Shown here piece after piece: positions 38,601 through 52,674 of a stretch of 64,000 nt of DNA. Made by a program: the position numbers and the translations under genes. The notes under the pieces were generated by a model that did no database searches, was not told where the DNA came from, and saw only the letters and a program-made list of their open reading frames with translations. This DNA comes from the human T2T-CHM13v2.0 reference genome, Homo sapiens, in assembly GCF_009914755.1 (NCBI RefSeq), contig NC_060930.1; one strand, written 5' to 3'. The stretch's first letter is position 1; every line of letters begins with the position of its first letter.

Positions 38601-41589
38601 AGTTGACTTGAATACCTTTCAAAATCAAAGAGTTGGTCATATCAATGGTCTGTTCTAAACTACTTGATAAAACAGTACCTGCCTCCATTCCTATTGCATG
38701 TCTGGAAACCTCCTTCACACCCCCATGTCTTGGCTCATAAACTGCAGTCTCACTGGAAACAGACATAAACATCATTTCTCTTTCATCTGGGAATCAGTTT
38801 GCTGAACACTCATTTCTATCTACTAGGTTTACCCCTAATGACTAACCAAATCATAGCTAAGTAAAAATATTCTCAAAACAACTCAAATAGTTTTTTAAAC
38901 CCATCAAAAAGGAAGGTCTTCCTTTGTAAATCTATTTGGAGAATTTTCTGTCTTTACTTCCAGGCCCAGACTTTAGATTTATAGCACTCTCTTTTTACTT
39001 GTTGCTTTTGACAGAAGACGCCCTTCCAAATGGCATTTCTATACGTACATTCACAGTTAGTTAGTTACCATATCAGTCGATGCTACACTTCAAAAGTAGA
39101 AGGAATAGATATTTAACTGTCTCATTTTTTTATAGATGAGAGAACCAAAACTATAAGAGTTAGTAATTAGCAGAGCCAAAACCTGAACCTGAACTTTTGG
39201 GTGTTATTATTAAAACTCTATATTACATAGCCATTTATCAAAAAAAATAGACCATACTCAAATTTTATCATTCAATTTTTATAAAATTACCCAACATGAA
39301 AACTTTTTTTTATCCCTGTGATATATAACAAAATTCTAACAAAATTGTGATTCTGAGTCATGATGAGTTTCTTCAAGGCATAATTTTTCTTATACATTCT
39401 CAACTTTAAGTTTCAAATCTTAATATATTTCTTAAAAGCAAACGGCATTCAAACAATTTTTTTTATCTTGTCGTATTATGGGGGACATATTATCCCTACC
39501 TAAACTTGCCAGTTAGTTACAGAAGTTTGCATTACATTTACTGAATACTTTTTACATATAAAAACATACTTAGAAACATATAATTGATTTGAAACCTGAA
39601 TGCAAACATTTCAGTTTATTGTCATGAATATCTCCCAAGTCTTGCTAAGCTTTTGGTAACATTTACAAAGGAAAGCAGAGGCCTTAATAAGGCATTGTTA
39701 AGTAAGCTTCATTAACAGTAATGATGATTGACATCTTCCAAACAAATTAAACAGACAGATAAATAAATAAATAACCTCCTCCTAAGCAGCAATTATTGGG
39801 TATTTTAAAGTATATGGATAATTATTAATCTCACCTATGATTTCACATATATAAACACAGCCTAAACTTGTACATTTTTAAGAAAAATATAGTAATGAAT
39901 AGTCACAACCTTTCTCCTGCACACTGGTTTTCCTATTAGGGTAACCCAAACGCCCATGAAGTCTTTAATATTGTGAACCAAGTTTTTAAAACTTTCCTTT
40001 TCCTGTCATCTTGTCTATCTAAATCTGAGCTTATTAAACAGTGCTGCTATAAACAGTGCTGTAATAGAGTCGATGACTTCATCTTTTCCCAGTTATGGTA
40101 TGAGTTTGATAAGCTATGTTTCTGTATTATTCATGGTAAATTTAAGAATAGGTTTGTAACGTAGACTGTATCTGCATATATCTGAATAGATATATTTTGA
40201 AAATGGCAAAGAATGTCTAATGAGCACTGTGATTCAACCTCTTCTGATTTCTTGGAAGTCTGTAGTGTCCTACAGAATCTAGCACAATATACAACACAAA
40301 GTAGATGTGAATAAACACTTGTAAACTTGTAAACATCATAGGCCAAATTCAGGCTTTTGTTAGGGGTACTGTCTGTATATTCAATTTTCCTAGCAATCTT
40401 ATGCATATCTTTATAGACACAAACAATCAAAGTCATTTGGTCAGTTTAAAAGTCATTTCTGAGTTTAAAGTTTAAGTGCCTGAAATGTCATTTGAGATTT
40501 GATATCATTTGAATAGAGATAAGAGAAAGAAAGGCTGAGGTAATATTTAACTGAAAAGAAATGAAGTGGTAAAATAAAAATACTTCCAGAGAATAAAAAC
40601 TTAGATTATAAAATGCCTTCTGAAGTCTTTTATAATTGATATGAAGTGGAGGTGGTATTACTTTTTCTAGTCAAGTGACCATTCATACTAACATGCTATA
40701 AGTTCCTCAATCGTAAATGCCCACCAGCCATGGTGTGCATAGCTTCAGCTAATGATAGCATTTTGAGCTGTATTTATGAGTTTGTTACGTAATTTGTTAT
40801 CAATATCAGCCTTGTCTTTGTACTTTTAGAACACAGAGAACAGGTACCTCTCCTGGCTGGAGAGTTGAATGGCTTCCAAGCCAATGATCTTATGCAATGT
40901 TTAAGTTAAATCAGTAACAAGGAAAACCTGATAAGACTGGTTTAAAACCTAATCAGGTTTGATATCCAAATGCTAAGGTATTCTTGACTATTCTTATTAA
41001 ATGCTCCCAGAAGTGCTATGGATCTAATACTTGTGACACAGTCTCAAGCAACACAGACTCATGTTTTATTAATCTCTGAATCTTTCTGCAAACATTAGGT
41101 GACAACTGAGCCAGATTTCCTCTAAGTTCAGATCAGTCACAGGGAATGAACTATTTTAGTAGAAGACAGATAAGCCTTTCCATAGAATATTCCTGATGAA
41201 CTAGCCCTTACCATTAGGAAAACTTGTCAGTAAAGGGTCACACAAAGAAGCTCAAGGTAAGCACAAAAATGAAGCGAGCCTTAGACACTTTTGGGAGTAC
41301 TATGCCACTCTAACTAGCTCCTTAGGTACTAAAATGCAGGTGTTAGATGATACTTTTGGAAAAGAGCAAAATAGAAAACTTGGATCACTTACGGAAAAAC
41401 ACTGTAGTTATTCAAGAAAGTTTCAACTAATACAACAGATGTAATTAAAACCTTTAAACTCTAAATGAAAGAATGTACATAAATATGTTTCACATCTCTT
41501 CTGTTGTTGTATGTTAAAGTTTTAATAATTTTCCTATTTCTCAATTTTAAGTATTAAATAAAAATTGTGGCTCTTCTTATACTAACAAA

Positions 41590-41790
41590 AACATCTCCAT
41601 TTACTAAGCATCTATTTGTACCAAGTACTGGACTAAAGGGGTTACACATCTCAGACATGCAAAAGACTACTACAAAGTGGATATCACAGTATCCATTTTT
41701 ATGGCTGAGTAAATAAACTCTTAAGTTTAAGGTAACTTATCCACCTCGGGATACAGAGTTGAGAAATCAATCAAGTCTATGATCCCAGAG
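41590..41790 (-). mobile_element. MIR
   Basis: CATTTACTAAGCATCTATTTGTACCAAG...TATCCATTTTTATGGCTGAG...GGTAACTTATCC. Confidence 0.6.
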
Positions 41791-42589
41791 ACTGTGACAA
41801 CAATGCCTTACATATTTACAGTATTAATAACACACAATGAGGATGTGGAGGCATGTCAAGTGTGCATTGAACATATATAAAACCAACTGTGTGGGTTCAT
41901 GAAACATAAAAGAGAGTGAATTAAAATCATGGTGACAGTTTGCCTGCTTTTAGACTTAATGAGCATGCAAGTCAGATTGCAAACACAGATCTGCTATTCC
42001 CTTCATCATGTTACTTCCCTCCTACCTCTCACAGTATTAGCTTCTTTGGATTCAGAGGATGACTCCAGCGTTAGAAGATAGATATCTTCATAGAAACAGG
42101 CTCCCAACACCAAGCAAACTTCTCGTTTGATGCTCAGCAGCCCCAGCACTGCAGGGAAGCTAGCTGGGTTGGACCTACTATATTATAGTACCTTGGTCTC
42201 TATGTGCCACCTTCTTTAAGGATGTAAACTCCATAAGCGAAGAATAATCTACTACTCTGTTGACTTTTCTAACCCCATGCCTGGTATATGGTAGGCCCTT
42301 AATAAATATCTGTTGATGTATGGTTAATTTAAATGCAGTTCTACTATATTCTGCATGCTGGTTTTCCAACACTGACAATTGGCGACGCTGAATTATCCAG
42401 GACTCCATCCCAAACCCTCCCCATTTAATTCTAACCAGTTTGTCAGCATTTACTTAAAGAGAGATTTCCAATATCACAGGATTCTAGAATCCAAGGAGTA
42501 TGTAAAACCAGCCATTAGAATACCCACTTGGGCCCAAAGTAGTAGAAGGCTCAAAGCCAACTATCGACAAATTCAGTGACTTAACCTAA

Positions 42590-42748
42590 TGTATCCAATA
42601 TTATCCAACCTGACATAACTTGCAGCACTTTTAAAAACACCAATACCCTGGCCCTCACTTAAATTTAAGTGGTCTCAGGGCGGGCCTGGCACAGTTTGCT
42701 TTCTTAGCTTCCAAAAGAATCTAAACCGTCAAGTATGATCACCTCTGA
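42590..42748. mobile_element. MER5-like hAT MITE
   Basis: AAAACACCAATACCCTGGCCCTCAC...GGTCTCAGGGCGGGCCTGGCA...ATCACCTCTG. Confidence 0.55.
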
Positions 42749-45379
42749 CCTTTGACTAATCTCCGAATCAAGTGTTGGCACAAGGCCAATACTACAATAA
42801 AAGATAATATTAAGTATGGTGATAGAGAGCATTTCTCCTTCTAAATTATTTCATATATAAATCAAACCACTAACTTGGGCCTCATTAATACTAGGTCCCT
42901 ACATCAAACACAGGTTTCTTAGCACATAATAGCAATACTGAAATGGAAACCATTAACTACTATAAAAATTACAAAGTAATGTCCTACTTGAGAGTTTGAG
43001 AGAGCCTTCGGGAAAAAATATTCTCACTTTAATGATTTACAATGTTAGTTCAATTTTATAAAGCAATTAAATGAAGCAAATCCAGTACTTAATTTTTGAA
43101 ATTTGACTCTCTAATGTGCATACATAACCTTCCCATGTTCACAATAAAAAATAATGCAAAATGCACAGATGTCCTCTCATTCCAAAATTGCTGAGTTTGT
43201 TTTGTAAGTCACTGGATTTAAATCTACAGGTGTCAGAAAATTAACAGGTCCCAATTTCACTGAAATATAGACATGAAAAGCAAAGGCTCACACACAGGGA
43301 CAACAGAAAGCAGAGACTAAATTTAATGAATAAATTTAGGGTGACAGAGAGCAGAGAATATAAACTGAAGGAGGAACTAAGATGAAAAGAAAGGGATAGA
43401 GCCATGATCAACACTTACTCTATTTAAACAAACAAAACAAAATCCATTCATGTAAGAGGAATTCCAATAAAAGGAGAGATGTATTAACAATAAACTGTTC
43501 TGTTAAAAAAGAAAAAAAAAAACGTCAAAGTGCAGACAAATCTGTGACGAGGCCAATGACCAAGATCCTGCTTTTACTGGTTGCTTCCTCTGACTAGTTG
43601 GAGCTTCCTTTGAATAATCCTAATTTTCCCCCAATGAAACTTTATCATTCCTGTCAACTCACTTCCAATTTATTTTTAACACAAAATAAATGCTACTAAC
43701 TCAAGATTGCTACTAACTGGAATGAGGAGTATCTGAGTCAGAAATTATTTTCCTTTAACTCTTTAGGACCACAAAACCTAGAGTGAGGGGTGAGCCATGA
43801 CAATTGTCACCTTAACTCCAAGTAGCTACGTGCTCTTCACCAAGCAAGTACTGCTACTTCTCTGCAACTAAGTTTCCATGTCTGTAAAGTAAGGCATTTG
43901 GACTAGGTTTCTACAGTACTCTCTAGTTCCAAAGTACAATACAATTATAGACTACAATAATGGTCTTTAAAATTCAGGCACCAGGAAGTCTTTCCATTAT
44001 TCAGAGGCTATAGAAGAATAAAACTCTTCACTCTATTTAAAAAAACAAAACAAAACAAAAAACAAACAAACAAACAAAAAAACACACACACAGCAATAAC
44101 AACAAAAAAATCACCCAAGAGCTAAACTACATAGTTGACTTAATTCACGTTCTTTTAAAGAGCCTTGGCTTTGCATGCAGTTTAAATTCTACCATCACTT
44201 CACAAGTCAAGTTTCCTGCCTTTAAAAGATATATTACACATTTTACCAAGGGAAAGAGGTTATCCTGAAAGTACATTTATACACTGATATTTCCCCATTA
44301 CTGTCCCACCACTCTTTCCTTGAAATTTTACAGAATCATTTCCCACTTCTATATTCCTGAAGAAAAGGTGGCAGTTTTGAGAAGTGCAGTAATGATTATA
44401 GAGAGTGAGCTCTTTTCCAAAGTACAGTTTAACTTTGAAGAGAAAAATGAAAATATTCCATATGTAAATAACGTTTAAAGGCAGGGAACCCCAGGTAAAA
44501 CCTCAGATATAAGAACAATATAGATAGACATTTTACAAGAACAATATAGATATTTTATAAGACATTCAAAATATATCAGATCCTGGTCTGATAAATAGGA
44601 GTTTAAGTTAGGCTTCTACCTGGTAAACAAAATACTGCATGTGAAAACTGACTATTCTTTATTCTTAAATTCTTGACATACAAAAGAATATTTAAAGAAA
44701 TTTAGCTGTATTCCATGTTCAAAGAATTATATTTAGTAGGTTAAATGTTAATAAATTTATAGAAATTACTGTCTTCCAAACTCACATGTATTGAGAAGCT
44801 GAATAGATTATGAAAGTTTAGCAATTTTTTAAAAAGCTTTAGAAATTCATTTAATTTTTAACCTTTCTCTCATATTTTAGTAAATGCTCTTATGGCATAT
44901 GCCACAAAGACGTGGATGCCATGTTTCTGAAGAATATTTTATAGCTATGCTAGTGAGGAAATCTATTCCAGAACTGAGCACTTTGTTCCAATGATGGGAG
45001 GTAAGAGGATAGTAGCAAACAGAAGTTCCTTTCTTCTAAAGCAGACAGTCTTGTAAGAGAAAAAAAAACATTCAAACTTTGAAACCATTCAAAACTTGAA
45101 ACCATTCAAAATATTTATGGTCTAAATAAACATTTGTTAATTTTTTACCATGTAGAAGATTAAAAGCAAAGCTTGAATGGACAGGATACAATAATGAGCA
45201 AGAAATGAAAGCTGCATTTCAGAGGCTTAGAGTTTACAGAAAGGACATATCATTTGTTCCCTTGCACATAACAGAATCAAAATAAATATTTTTAAAATAA
45301 GTATTAAAACAAAAAGTGGTTCGACGATAATAGCTTGTGCATATTGTAGTACTTGTCTTCCACCCACAGAGCTTAATGT

Positions 45380-45550
45380 ACTAAATTACAAACATCATCA
45401 TCCACCAGGGCATCCCTGTTATTGATGTAGCTGGAAAGTATTAGTCATTCCTTACTCAAATGAGGAAAAGATTTTGGAAGGTTAAATTAGTTGCTCACAG
45501 CTACAGAATAAACAGTAAAATAGGGAATAGAACTCAGGGTCCCCTAAGCT
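45380..45550 (-). mobile_element. MIR
   Basis: CAAATGAGGAAAAG...GAAGGTTAAATTAGTTGCTCACAGCTACA...GGAATAGAACTCAGG. Confidence 0.6.
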
Positions 45551-46865
45551 ATTGCCCCTGATATACATTTTTTCATTTCCTAAATAAAATATTTCTCCTT
45601 TATAGGCCTTTAGGGTCTCAAATATTTTTTCATAGTAATATTATTCATGAAGCAGTGCCTTTTTAACATCAAGATAATTCATCATATCATCTTAGCTTTT
45701 TTTACTTTAAAATCTACTTAAATGAGCATTACTTTTCTCATAAAAAATTTCTACCAGTAAAACTGTTAGGTTTTAAATTCAGGATTATCACATGATAGTT
45801 CAAATTTTTATATAAAAGTCCTATCAAAAATCATCATTTGTAAATATGTTTTAGACTTTTGTTATTACTATTTTTAAAGTCAATTCATCTCACAAAAAAG
45901 CACGCTTAGCTTATTACTTCAAAGATTAAAAGATTCCCTTCATGATTTATTACCAAAATTCATCATTAAAGTCAAATCTATTTGCCTTGCAAATAATTTT
46001 AAATATTTGGTTCCAAGCAATAGCACCAACACTACTAAATACAAATCATGTTTTCCCTTTTTGTCCTTTGTTAACATCAGCAATAAGTTTACCATGTCTT
46101 GTGGCTATTGTTTCACTATACTTGAATTCTTAGAAGATTTCATTTGCCTCAAAACATTTCAAGAGAACAATATGAACAACTCAATTACAATCAGACAACT
46201 CAGTGAAATGAAACTGAATACAGAGAAATACTAGGATTTGTCTATGAATTATACCACGCTTTCCCACGCTCTTCCACTCTCACCACCCAATCAGCAAAAA
46301 AACTCAAAAAACACTTTCTTTGTCTTCGATTATTTCCCTTTACAATTATTATACTGTCGATTCATTTTATTAGTTACATCTGTTTCATCAGTTTGGACTC
46401 TATCTGTACCATAATGTGAAGTTAGTATAAAACAAACGGCTACTTCAATATCAATCAAATGAAACAACACTTTTATTGCCAAGCATTTCTAACTCAGATT
46501 GATAGCTTGTTAGCATATGATAATTTTACGTATTCTCATAAAAAGGTTTAATGCAATCTAGATTTAGTATTTTGACTACAGTTTCAATGTTGTCATTACA
46601 GATTTGAACTATAGTTCTACTATTAGTTACTATTAAAACCTGGAACACTTCAAAATCCATTACAATCTGCTGCTGTCATTCTCACACTTCATCAGCATAT
46701 TTCAACAGTAGTTCATACTTTGGTTAAAGAGCCTCCTTCCTTCCAACTGTGGTTGTGGAGTCAACTCTAAGATACTGAAAGAACCCTAACTACTAACTCA
46801 CCCAACCAATCACCATCTTTATCTTTTCTGAAAAACAAATAAATGCAATAATCTCAAGAAAGCAA

Positions 46866-47052
46866 GGCCAAATGCAGCCAGGCACCATGATGCACACCTG
46901 TAGTTCCAGCTACTGGGGGAAGGGGAGGCAGGAAGATTGCTTAAACCTGGGAGGTCGAGGCTGCAGTGATCCGAGATCGTGCCACTGCACCCCAGCCCTG
47001 GTGACAGAGTAAGACCTTGTCTCAAAAAAAAAAAAAAGGAGAGAGAGAGAGA
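46866..47052 (+). mobile_element. Alu right monomer (FRAM/AluJ-type) with A tail and (GA)n
   Basis: GGAGGTCGAGGCTGCAGTGA J-type right arm starting at about 46877, preceded by GGCCAAATGCA. Confidence 0.88.
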
Positions 47053-48554
47053 AGCCATTCCAGATTTCATTCTTCATCACCAATTTCTCAGCTTTTTAAT
47101 TACTCTGCTTAAGCTATAAATTCAATGGCATTTTAGTACAAGAAAAACTGGTTAGAGATTAGGACCTCCGAGGCACACAACTGCATGAAATGACATTTGC
47201 CTAGTTGACCTATATGTGTCCATTATTTTGGTCCTTTCCAGTTAGTGCTTTTTCTCTCACATCAACTTAGTGATTCCCCTAGCTCTAGCCCCAACTTCTC
47301 GTTCTGTTTCCAAGTTCTGACTATAAGACTTTTATTTTAAATTGTCAAATAGAGTTTTTCAGAAATAGGTCTGCTAGCAGTTGCCTATAGCATAACAAAG
47401 GAATGGACTTCAAAAGCATGGCAAAAGAATACCAGGAAATGGTGATAAAAATAAATTAGAAGTGAAAAAGTAGAATTCAGGGAGAATCTGTAGAAAGGAA
47501 ATGATTTTTTTAACGCTTTGGGTGTGGTAATTAAAATCATGTTCACCACAAGAACACTCAGGAACAAAAGAATCAAGTCAAAAATCAGGATTCAGTTTAT
47601 TCCAACATTCAATGTATCAGGAAAACCAAAGATAAAGTGACAGAGGTACATTAGGCACATTGTATACATTGTTCATTTAATCCTCAAAGAGAATTTCCAA
47701 AGAGTTGAAAAGCAGGCCAGAAACCTAAGGGTAAATAAGGTCTATACCTGTAGTTGGTCTTTCCTATTAATACTTGATTTTAGGTTACTGAGGACAGATA
47801 ATGATAATAAGGAGAGTTGATTTTCATTATGTTGTATTTTAAGTGCCCACACATGATACTCTGACAGGCATGAATGACTGGTATAAATGGCTACTCCATA
47901 GTACATGGAGAAGACCCCTACCTGGCTCTCAGAAAAGTGTCTAACTTTTCAGCACATCACAAACACATTTCTGGTAAGTCAGTGTCCTGAGTTTTTTCAC
48001 TATAGCCTGCCAAATTTTGAAAAGAAAAATGGAATGAGGAAATGAACAGAACTGAGTACTCTGATATACATGAGTATGTGTGTGTATATGTGAATGTACC
48101 ATACACTGTAATGCTGGGAACTAATGAGGGAGGTAATTTTAAAAAAAAAAAAAAATGGTGACCTAGGACTGGAAACATTCCAATGTATTTTTTTAGTTAG
48201 CATTTCCCAGTAAAAGCACAAAGTCTATGTGGCAAATGTAAGGGCCTATCAAAGACATTGTGCTAAAACTGCTAACCAACCAATTAGAATTATTCCTAGT
48301 GGTCACATATTCTTTTTAGAATTTTTCTATATACTATTTAAATAAAGTTGCAAGGCTTAGTCCTTGGACTTGACTCTTTGCAAAGCTGCGTTAGTTCACA
48401 TTTTGATGTGCAGCACACAGATATCAATTAGGCACAGATGCATATGCAATAATCTACAAACAAAATCAGGATAACCTATTGCAACACAAAGTGCTACAAA
48501 TGGTAGACACAAAACACGCACATCCTCACACACAATGCCTTGGCTTCCATTACA

Positions 48555-48712
48555 TTGATGTTTATCATTAGTTGTATATTAAAATCACCTATGGGACTTT
48601 AAATACTAGTCCTAACTCAAACCAAATATACAGAAGTTTCTGGGGGTGTGGCATTAATCCTTTATAAAGAATGTCTGGTTTTTCTAAAATGCAGCCAGCT
48701 TCGAGAACCAGT
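48555..48712. mobile_element. MER5A-like MITE
   Basis: ATTAAAATCACCTATGGGAC...TTTCTGGGGGTGTGGCA...ATGCAGCCAGCTTCGAGAACCAGTG. Confidence 0.65.
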
Positions 48713-49339
48713 GTTTCATAACTGTCTTACAACATTGCCTCGATGTTGCTTGAAATTATCTTTTCTTCTAGGCCTAGTATTCTGATTTTTCATTATGCTA
48801 ATACTAACAGATAACATTACAAAGTGCTAAAGGTAACTATGCGATCAATATGCACCTATGCACAGTGGTCTAGAATGCAGGCTTCTCCATCTTTCATTCA
48901 CCATTGTGGTAGTGATCACTCCAAATTTCTGTTTATGACACAAATCTTTGCCTGCCCATGAATACCCTTTAGTCTCAGTACTAGCAGTAGTTATCATTCT
49001 CTTGAGCAACAAAATTGTTTCTATTAATATTTGATTATATTTTATCTTATGTTACAATTAATTGTATTCCATTTCTTACTACATAAAACAAGAAAGGGTA
49101 AAAAGGCTTCAGAAATACAGATGTAGCCCCCATCCTCTGATTTTCCAGTACCTTTCCAGTACACATTTTAATATTAATCTCACACCTTGTTTGTTATTTA
49201 TTTTCCTTCTTTCATGGATAAAGACAGAAAGGTAAACAGACGTTTAATCATTCTACCCTAAGTTCACCTGAATCATTCTCAGAATTTATTGATATATTTC
49301 TCAATATAGTGCATATTCCTCTGATGGCACAGTCCACTA

Positions 49340-50205
49340 CTGCTTAGTTTCCTTTGTACATTTCTCTAAATCTTTGAACTCTAAACACTGGAGTAATGCA
49401 TGTGTCGGTCCTTGCAACTCTTCTGCTCTCTATTCGTACCTATACCATTGTGATTTCATCCAGTCTCATGGTTTCAAAGACCATCTATACAATAAAGACT
49501 CCAAAGTGTGTATCCCCAGCATAGTCCTCTCCCCTGATAATCAGACATGCATATCGATTAAGTATTTCAAACTTAACATCTCTAAAACCTAACTCCCATT
49601 CTTCCCAAACATCTGCCCCTCTCACATTCATCCCCATCTCAGCTCATGACTATTGTGTCCTTCCCAGTGCTCAGGCTAAAACAATATTCACTCATCCATG
49701 ACTCCTATCTTTCTCTCACACCAGAAATCCAATCCGTCAGCAAATTCAATTTACCCTAATATTTAATAACCATCTCTGATTATATCCTGGCCCCAAGTTA
49801 TAATCTTCTCTGACTTGGATTATCACAACTGCCTAATAGCTAGTTTCCCTGATTCCACCCTTGTCCCATCCCAATGTCTACTCTCCACATCCCGCACTCA
49901 GTATGACCCTGTCAAGATAAAATCATGTCACTCCATTTAGAACTTTGTGAAGTACTGATAATAGCCATATACAATCAGTCCCCTATTACTACTCTGACTT
50001 TATCTCCTATAACAATGCCTTCCACTCTTTTCTTTAAACCAAATTGGTCATCTTATTCTTCCTCAAATGCCAGGCATGCTCCTAGTTCAAGGACTTTCCA
50101 CTTGCTGATCCCTATGCCTGGAATGCTTTTCCCCTAGATAACTGCATGGATACTCCTCCACATCTTTTAGGTCTTTAATTTTCTCCATGGTACTTAGAAA
50201 CACTG

Positions 50206-50256
<51 letters not shown>

Positions 50257-50358
50257 CCTTTTCCCCATCAAGGTATAAGCTTCTCTGGGGCAAAGAATTT
50301 TGTCTATTTTGTTCACGGATTTAGCCCAAGTGCCTGGAAGAATACCTGGCACACAAAC
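49340..50358 (+). mobile_element. L2a 3' region (its terminal part resumes at about 52675-52715)
   Basis: CATCCAGTCTCATGGTTTCAAAGACCATCTA...CAAACTTAACATC...GCCTGGAATGCTTTTCCC...CCTGGCACA, then TATTTGTTAAATGAAT after the THE1. Confidence 0.85.
50207..50256. repeat. (ATT)16 trinucleotide microsatellite
   Basis: Directly visible; gives the poly-N run in ORF 50087-50293. Confidence 0.95.
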
Positions 50359-52674
50359 TGTATAAGTTTGTTTTCATGCTGCTGATAAAGACATACCTGA
50401 GGCTGGGTAAATTATGCAGGAAAAGGGGTTCAATGGACATACAGTTCCACGTGGCTAGGGAGGCCTCATAATAATGGCAGAAGGCAAGGAGGAGCAAGTT
50501 ATGTCTTACATGGATGGCAGCAGGCAAAGAGAGCTTGTGCAGGGAAACAACCTTTTTAAAAAAAAAAACATCAGATCTCATGAGACCCATTCATTATCAC
50601 GAGAATAGCATGGGAAAGACCTGCCCTATGATTCAATCATCTCCCACTGGGTCCCTCCCACAACACATGGGAATTATGGGAGCTACAAGATGAGATTTTG
50701 GTGGGGACACAGCCAGATCATAACATTCCATCCCCGGCCCCTCCGAAATCTCATAACTTCATATTCCAAGCCAACCATGCTTCCCAAATAGTCCCCCAAA
50801 GTCTCAGCTCATTTCAGCATTAACTCAAAAGTCCACAGTCCAAAGTCTCATCTGAGACAAGGAAAGTTCCTTCCATCTGTGAGCCTGTAAAATCAAAAGC
50901 AAGTTAGTTACTTTCCAGATACAATGGGAGTACAGGCATTGGGTAAATACAGCCCTTCCAAATAGGAGAAATTGGCCAAAACAAAGGGACTACAGGACCC
51001 ATGAAAGTCCAAAATCCAGCAGGGCAGTCAAATCTTAAATTCCAAAATGAGCTCCTTTGAATCCATGTCTCACATCCAGTTCATGTTGATGCAAGAGATG
51101 GGTTCCCATGGTCTTGGGCAGTTCCACCTCTGTGGCTTTACATGCTATAGCCCCTCTCCTGTCTGCTTTCATGGGTTGGCATTGAGTGTCTGTGGCTTTT
51201 CCAGGCACACAATGCAAGCTGTCAGTGGATCTACTATTCTGGTGTCTGAAGGACAGTGGCCCTCTTCTCACTGCTCCACTAGGTGGTGCCCCAGTAAGGT
51301 ACTCATTGTGGGGGCATCAACCCCACATTTCCCTTCCACACTTCCCTAGCAGAAGTTCTCCATGAGGGCCCCACCCCTTCAGCAAACTTCTTCCTGGATA
51401 TCCAGGCATTTCCATACAGCCTCTGAAATCTAACTGGAGGTTCCCAAACTTTAACTCTTGACTTTCATGTACCTGCAGGCTCAACACCATGTGGAAGATG
51501 CCAAGGTTTGGGGTTTCCACCCTGTAAGGCAACAGCCAGAGCTACCTTTCAGCCATGGCTGGCATGACTGAAACACAGGGTACCAGGTCCCTAGGCTGCA
51601 CAGAGCAGGGAAGCCTTGGGTCCGACTCACAAAACCATCTTTTTCTCCTAGCCCTCTGAGCCTGTGATGGGAGGGGCTGTTGTGAAGACATCTAACATAT
51701 CCTGAGACATTTTCCCCATTGTCTTGGTGATTAACATTCGGCTCCTCATTACTTATGCAAATTTCTGCAGCAGGCTTGAATTTCTACTCAGAAAATGAGA
51801 TTTTCTTTTCTATCACATTGTCAGGCTGCAAATTTTCCAGACTTTTATGCTATGTTTCCCTTTTAAAACTGAACACCTTTAACAGCACCCAAGTCACTCT
51901 TGAATGCTTTGCTGCTCAGAAATTTCTTTCACCAGATAACCTAAATCACCTCTCTCAAGTTCAAACTTCCACAAATCTCTAGGGCAGGGGCATAATGCCA
52001 CCAATCTTTTGCTAATACGTAACAAGAGTCACCTTTGCTCCGGTTCCCAACAAGTTCCTCATCTCCATCTGAGACCACTTCAGTCTGGATTTCATTGTCG
52101 ATATCATTATCAGCATTTTGGTCAAAGCCAAATGTCAAAGCCCAAGTCAACAGGTCTCTAGGGAGTTCCACACTTTCCCATATTTTCCTGTCTTCTTCTG
52201 ATCCCTCTAAACTGTTCTAACCTCTGCCTGTTACCCAGTTCCAAATCATTTCCATATTTTTGGGTATCTTTTCACAGCACCTCACTCCTGGTACCAATTT
52301 ACTGTATTAGTCCATTTTCACACTGCTGATAAAGATGTAACGTACCTGACGTTGGGTAATTTATGCAGGAAAAAGGGTTTAATGGACTTACAGTTCCATG
52401 TAGCTGGGGAGGCCTCACAATCATGGTGGAAGGCAAGGAGGAGCAAATCACATCTTACATGGATGGCAGCAGGCAAAGAGAACTTATGCAGGGAAACTCT
52501 CTCTTTTTTAAAACCATCAGATCTCGTAAGACCCATTCACTAACACGAGAATAGCATGGGAAAGACCTACTCCCTTGATTCAGTCATCTCCCACCAGGCC
52601 CCTCCCACAACACATGAAAATTATGGGAGCTACAAGATGAGATTTTGGTGGGGACACAGAGCCAAACCATATCA
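50359..52674 (-). mobile_element. Full-length THE1 (THE1C-like) MaLR provirus: 3' LTR 50359-50725, internal 50726-52302, 5' LTR 52303-52674
   Basis: Two similar LTRs (TG...CA). The polypurine-tract complement TTCCATCCCCGGCCCCTCC abuts the left LTR and the internal-start complement CTGGTACCAATTTAC abuts the right LTR. ORFs 51035-52220 are decayed THE1-int. Confidence 0.95.

Noticed and set aside
40924-40960. Imperfect hairpin AAACCTGAT...ATCAGGTTT
   Set aside because: Only 9-bp arms; too short for a pre-miRNA and expected by chance.
48438-48449. ATGCATATGCAA, 11/12 match to the POU MORE motif
   Set aside because: Single short motif in AT-rich DNA without supporting context.
51035-52220. Cluster of ORFs in THE1 internal region
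   Set aside because: Fragmented MaLR internal sequence with no continuous reading frame.
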